Shown one piece after another: positions 63,674 through 64,000 of a DNA stretch of 64,000 nt. The notes under the pieces are model-generated. The model saw only the letters and a list, made by a program, of their open reading frames with translations, was not told the DNA's origin and did not search any database. The number at the start of each line of letters is the position of its first letter. Position 1 is the stretch's first letter. The stretch covers positions 13,001 through 77,000 of the forward strand of contig DASPKL010000004.1 in assembly GCA_035628115.1 (NCBI GenBank), in the 5' to 3' direction. Source of the stretch: Phycisphaerales bacterium (lineage in GTDB: Bacteria > Planctomycetota > Phycisphaerae > Phycisphaerales > UBA1924). The translations under genes and the position numbers were made by a program.

Positions 63674-64000
63674 CTATCGCCTGTTCAGGAACGAGAGATG
63701 GAGAAAGGCCTGCAGCTGCGCCTCGCTGACAAACAGCCACCGCGTGCCATCATTCGTTCCCGTGCCTGGCCTGACAGAGACGTGCACAGAATGCACGCCG
63801 TTCATACCATCGAAGTAGACCTGTACGACACACTCGTCCGTCACAAGCGTCATGCAGCCCGATCGGCCGCCGTCGGCGGCTGTGTAGGTTTCGATATCGG
63901 CTTCCGTTGGGTACTCACCCGGCGCGAGTCGATGTCCCGGAACGATGCGTCCGGCGACAAGTTTCTCGACGAGCTGCGTTGAGGTCAGGATGCCATCGGA
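63674..64000 (-). CDS. hypothetical protein, C-terminal 108 codons only (the 5' part lies beyond the right edge)
   Basis: Own translation of the minus strand from position 64000: SDGILTSTQLVEKLVAGRIVPGHRLAPGEYPTEADIETY...WLFVSEAQLQAFLHLSFLNRR, with stop TAG at 63674-63676. It has protein-like composition, unlike the overlapping plus-strand track ORF. Lower GC than the neighbours. Confidence 0.35.
   Translation of the reverse strand, partial: SDGILTSTQLVEKLVAGRIVPGHRLAPGEYPTEADIETYTAADGGRSGCMTLVTDECVVQVYFDGMNGVHSVHVSVRPGTGTNDGTRWLFVSEAQLQAFLHLSFLNRR

Noticed and set aside
63668-63982. 104-aa plus-strand ORF at the right end
   Set aside because: The composition is not protein-like (Arg/His-rich). 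The opposite strand gives a more convincing open frame running off the window edge, which is reported as a low-confidence partial CDS.

Overview
This is a high-GC bacterial chromosome segment. Sampled 60-nt lines are 63-78% GC. All calls were made by eye from the sequence and the supplied ORF track, with no searches run.

Several features suggest Planctomycetota, possibly Phycisphaerae, but this is inference only. A 2659-aa secreted protein carries an N-terminal LESRQLL motif. Four proteins end in PEP-CTERM-type tails. An S8 peptidase carries DxNNDG dockerin-like repeats. CACAGAG-rich and palindromic intergenic repeats are abundant.

I support about 47 CDS. I found no rRNA, tRNA, CRISPR array, integrase or transposase. 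Many long ORFs in the track are Arg/Ala/Gly-rich antisense shadows of real genes, which is typical at this GC content.

Housekeeping content:
- trpS, rsmA, the psd-pssA operon, rarA and speA
- a GH13 amylase, an S41 protease and an S8 protease
- a DegT-type aminotransferase, an HscB-like J-protein and a CNNM/CBS pair
- a thioredoxin, an OPT transporter, a LOG-family protein and a PQQ-dependent sugar dehydrogenase

The most interesting region is a roughly 5 kb low-GC insert at 36691-41642 (sampled lines 43-50% GC). It is bounded by 86-nt inverted repeats and by an inverted pair of paralogous genes. It carries two cyclic-nucleotide signalling modules:
- a Pycsar-like PycTM/PycC pair
- an unusual unit made of a fused tandem (pseudo-heterodimeric) class III cyclase, a translationally coupled 189-aa Trp-rich unknown protein, and a convergent, 3'-overlapping cNMP-binding/TIR-like effector

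Other notable loci:
- a tightly coupled four-gene operon (MFP, GAF-like MFP, PqqD-like/M50/MFP fusion, truncated SecA-like ATPase) with no ABC transporter (17131-24414)
- four tandem PEP-CTERM paralogs (26224-30105)
- a signal-less M4-like gluzincin plus a ComEC-type MBL hydrolase, next to the island (42765-46262)
- several interspersed repeat families, one copy of which sits in frame inside a CDS
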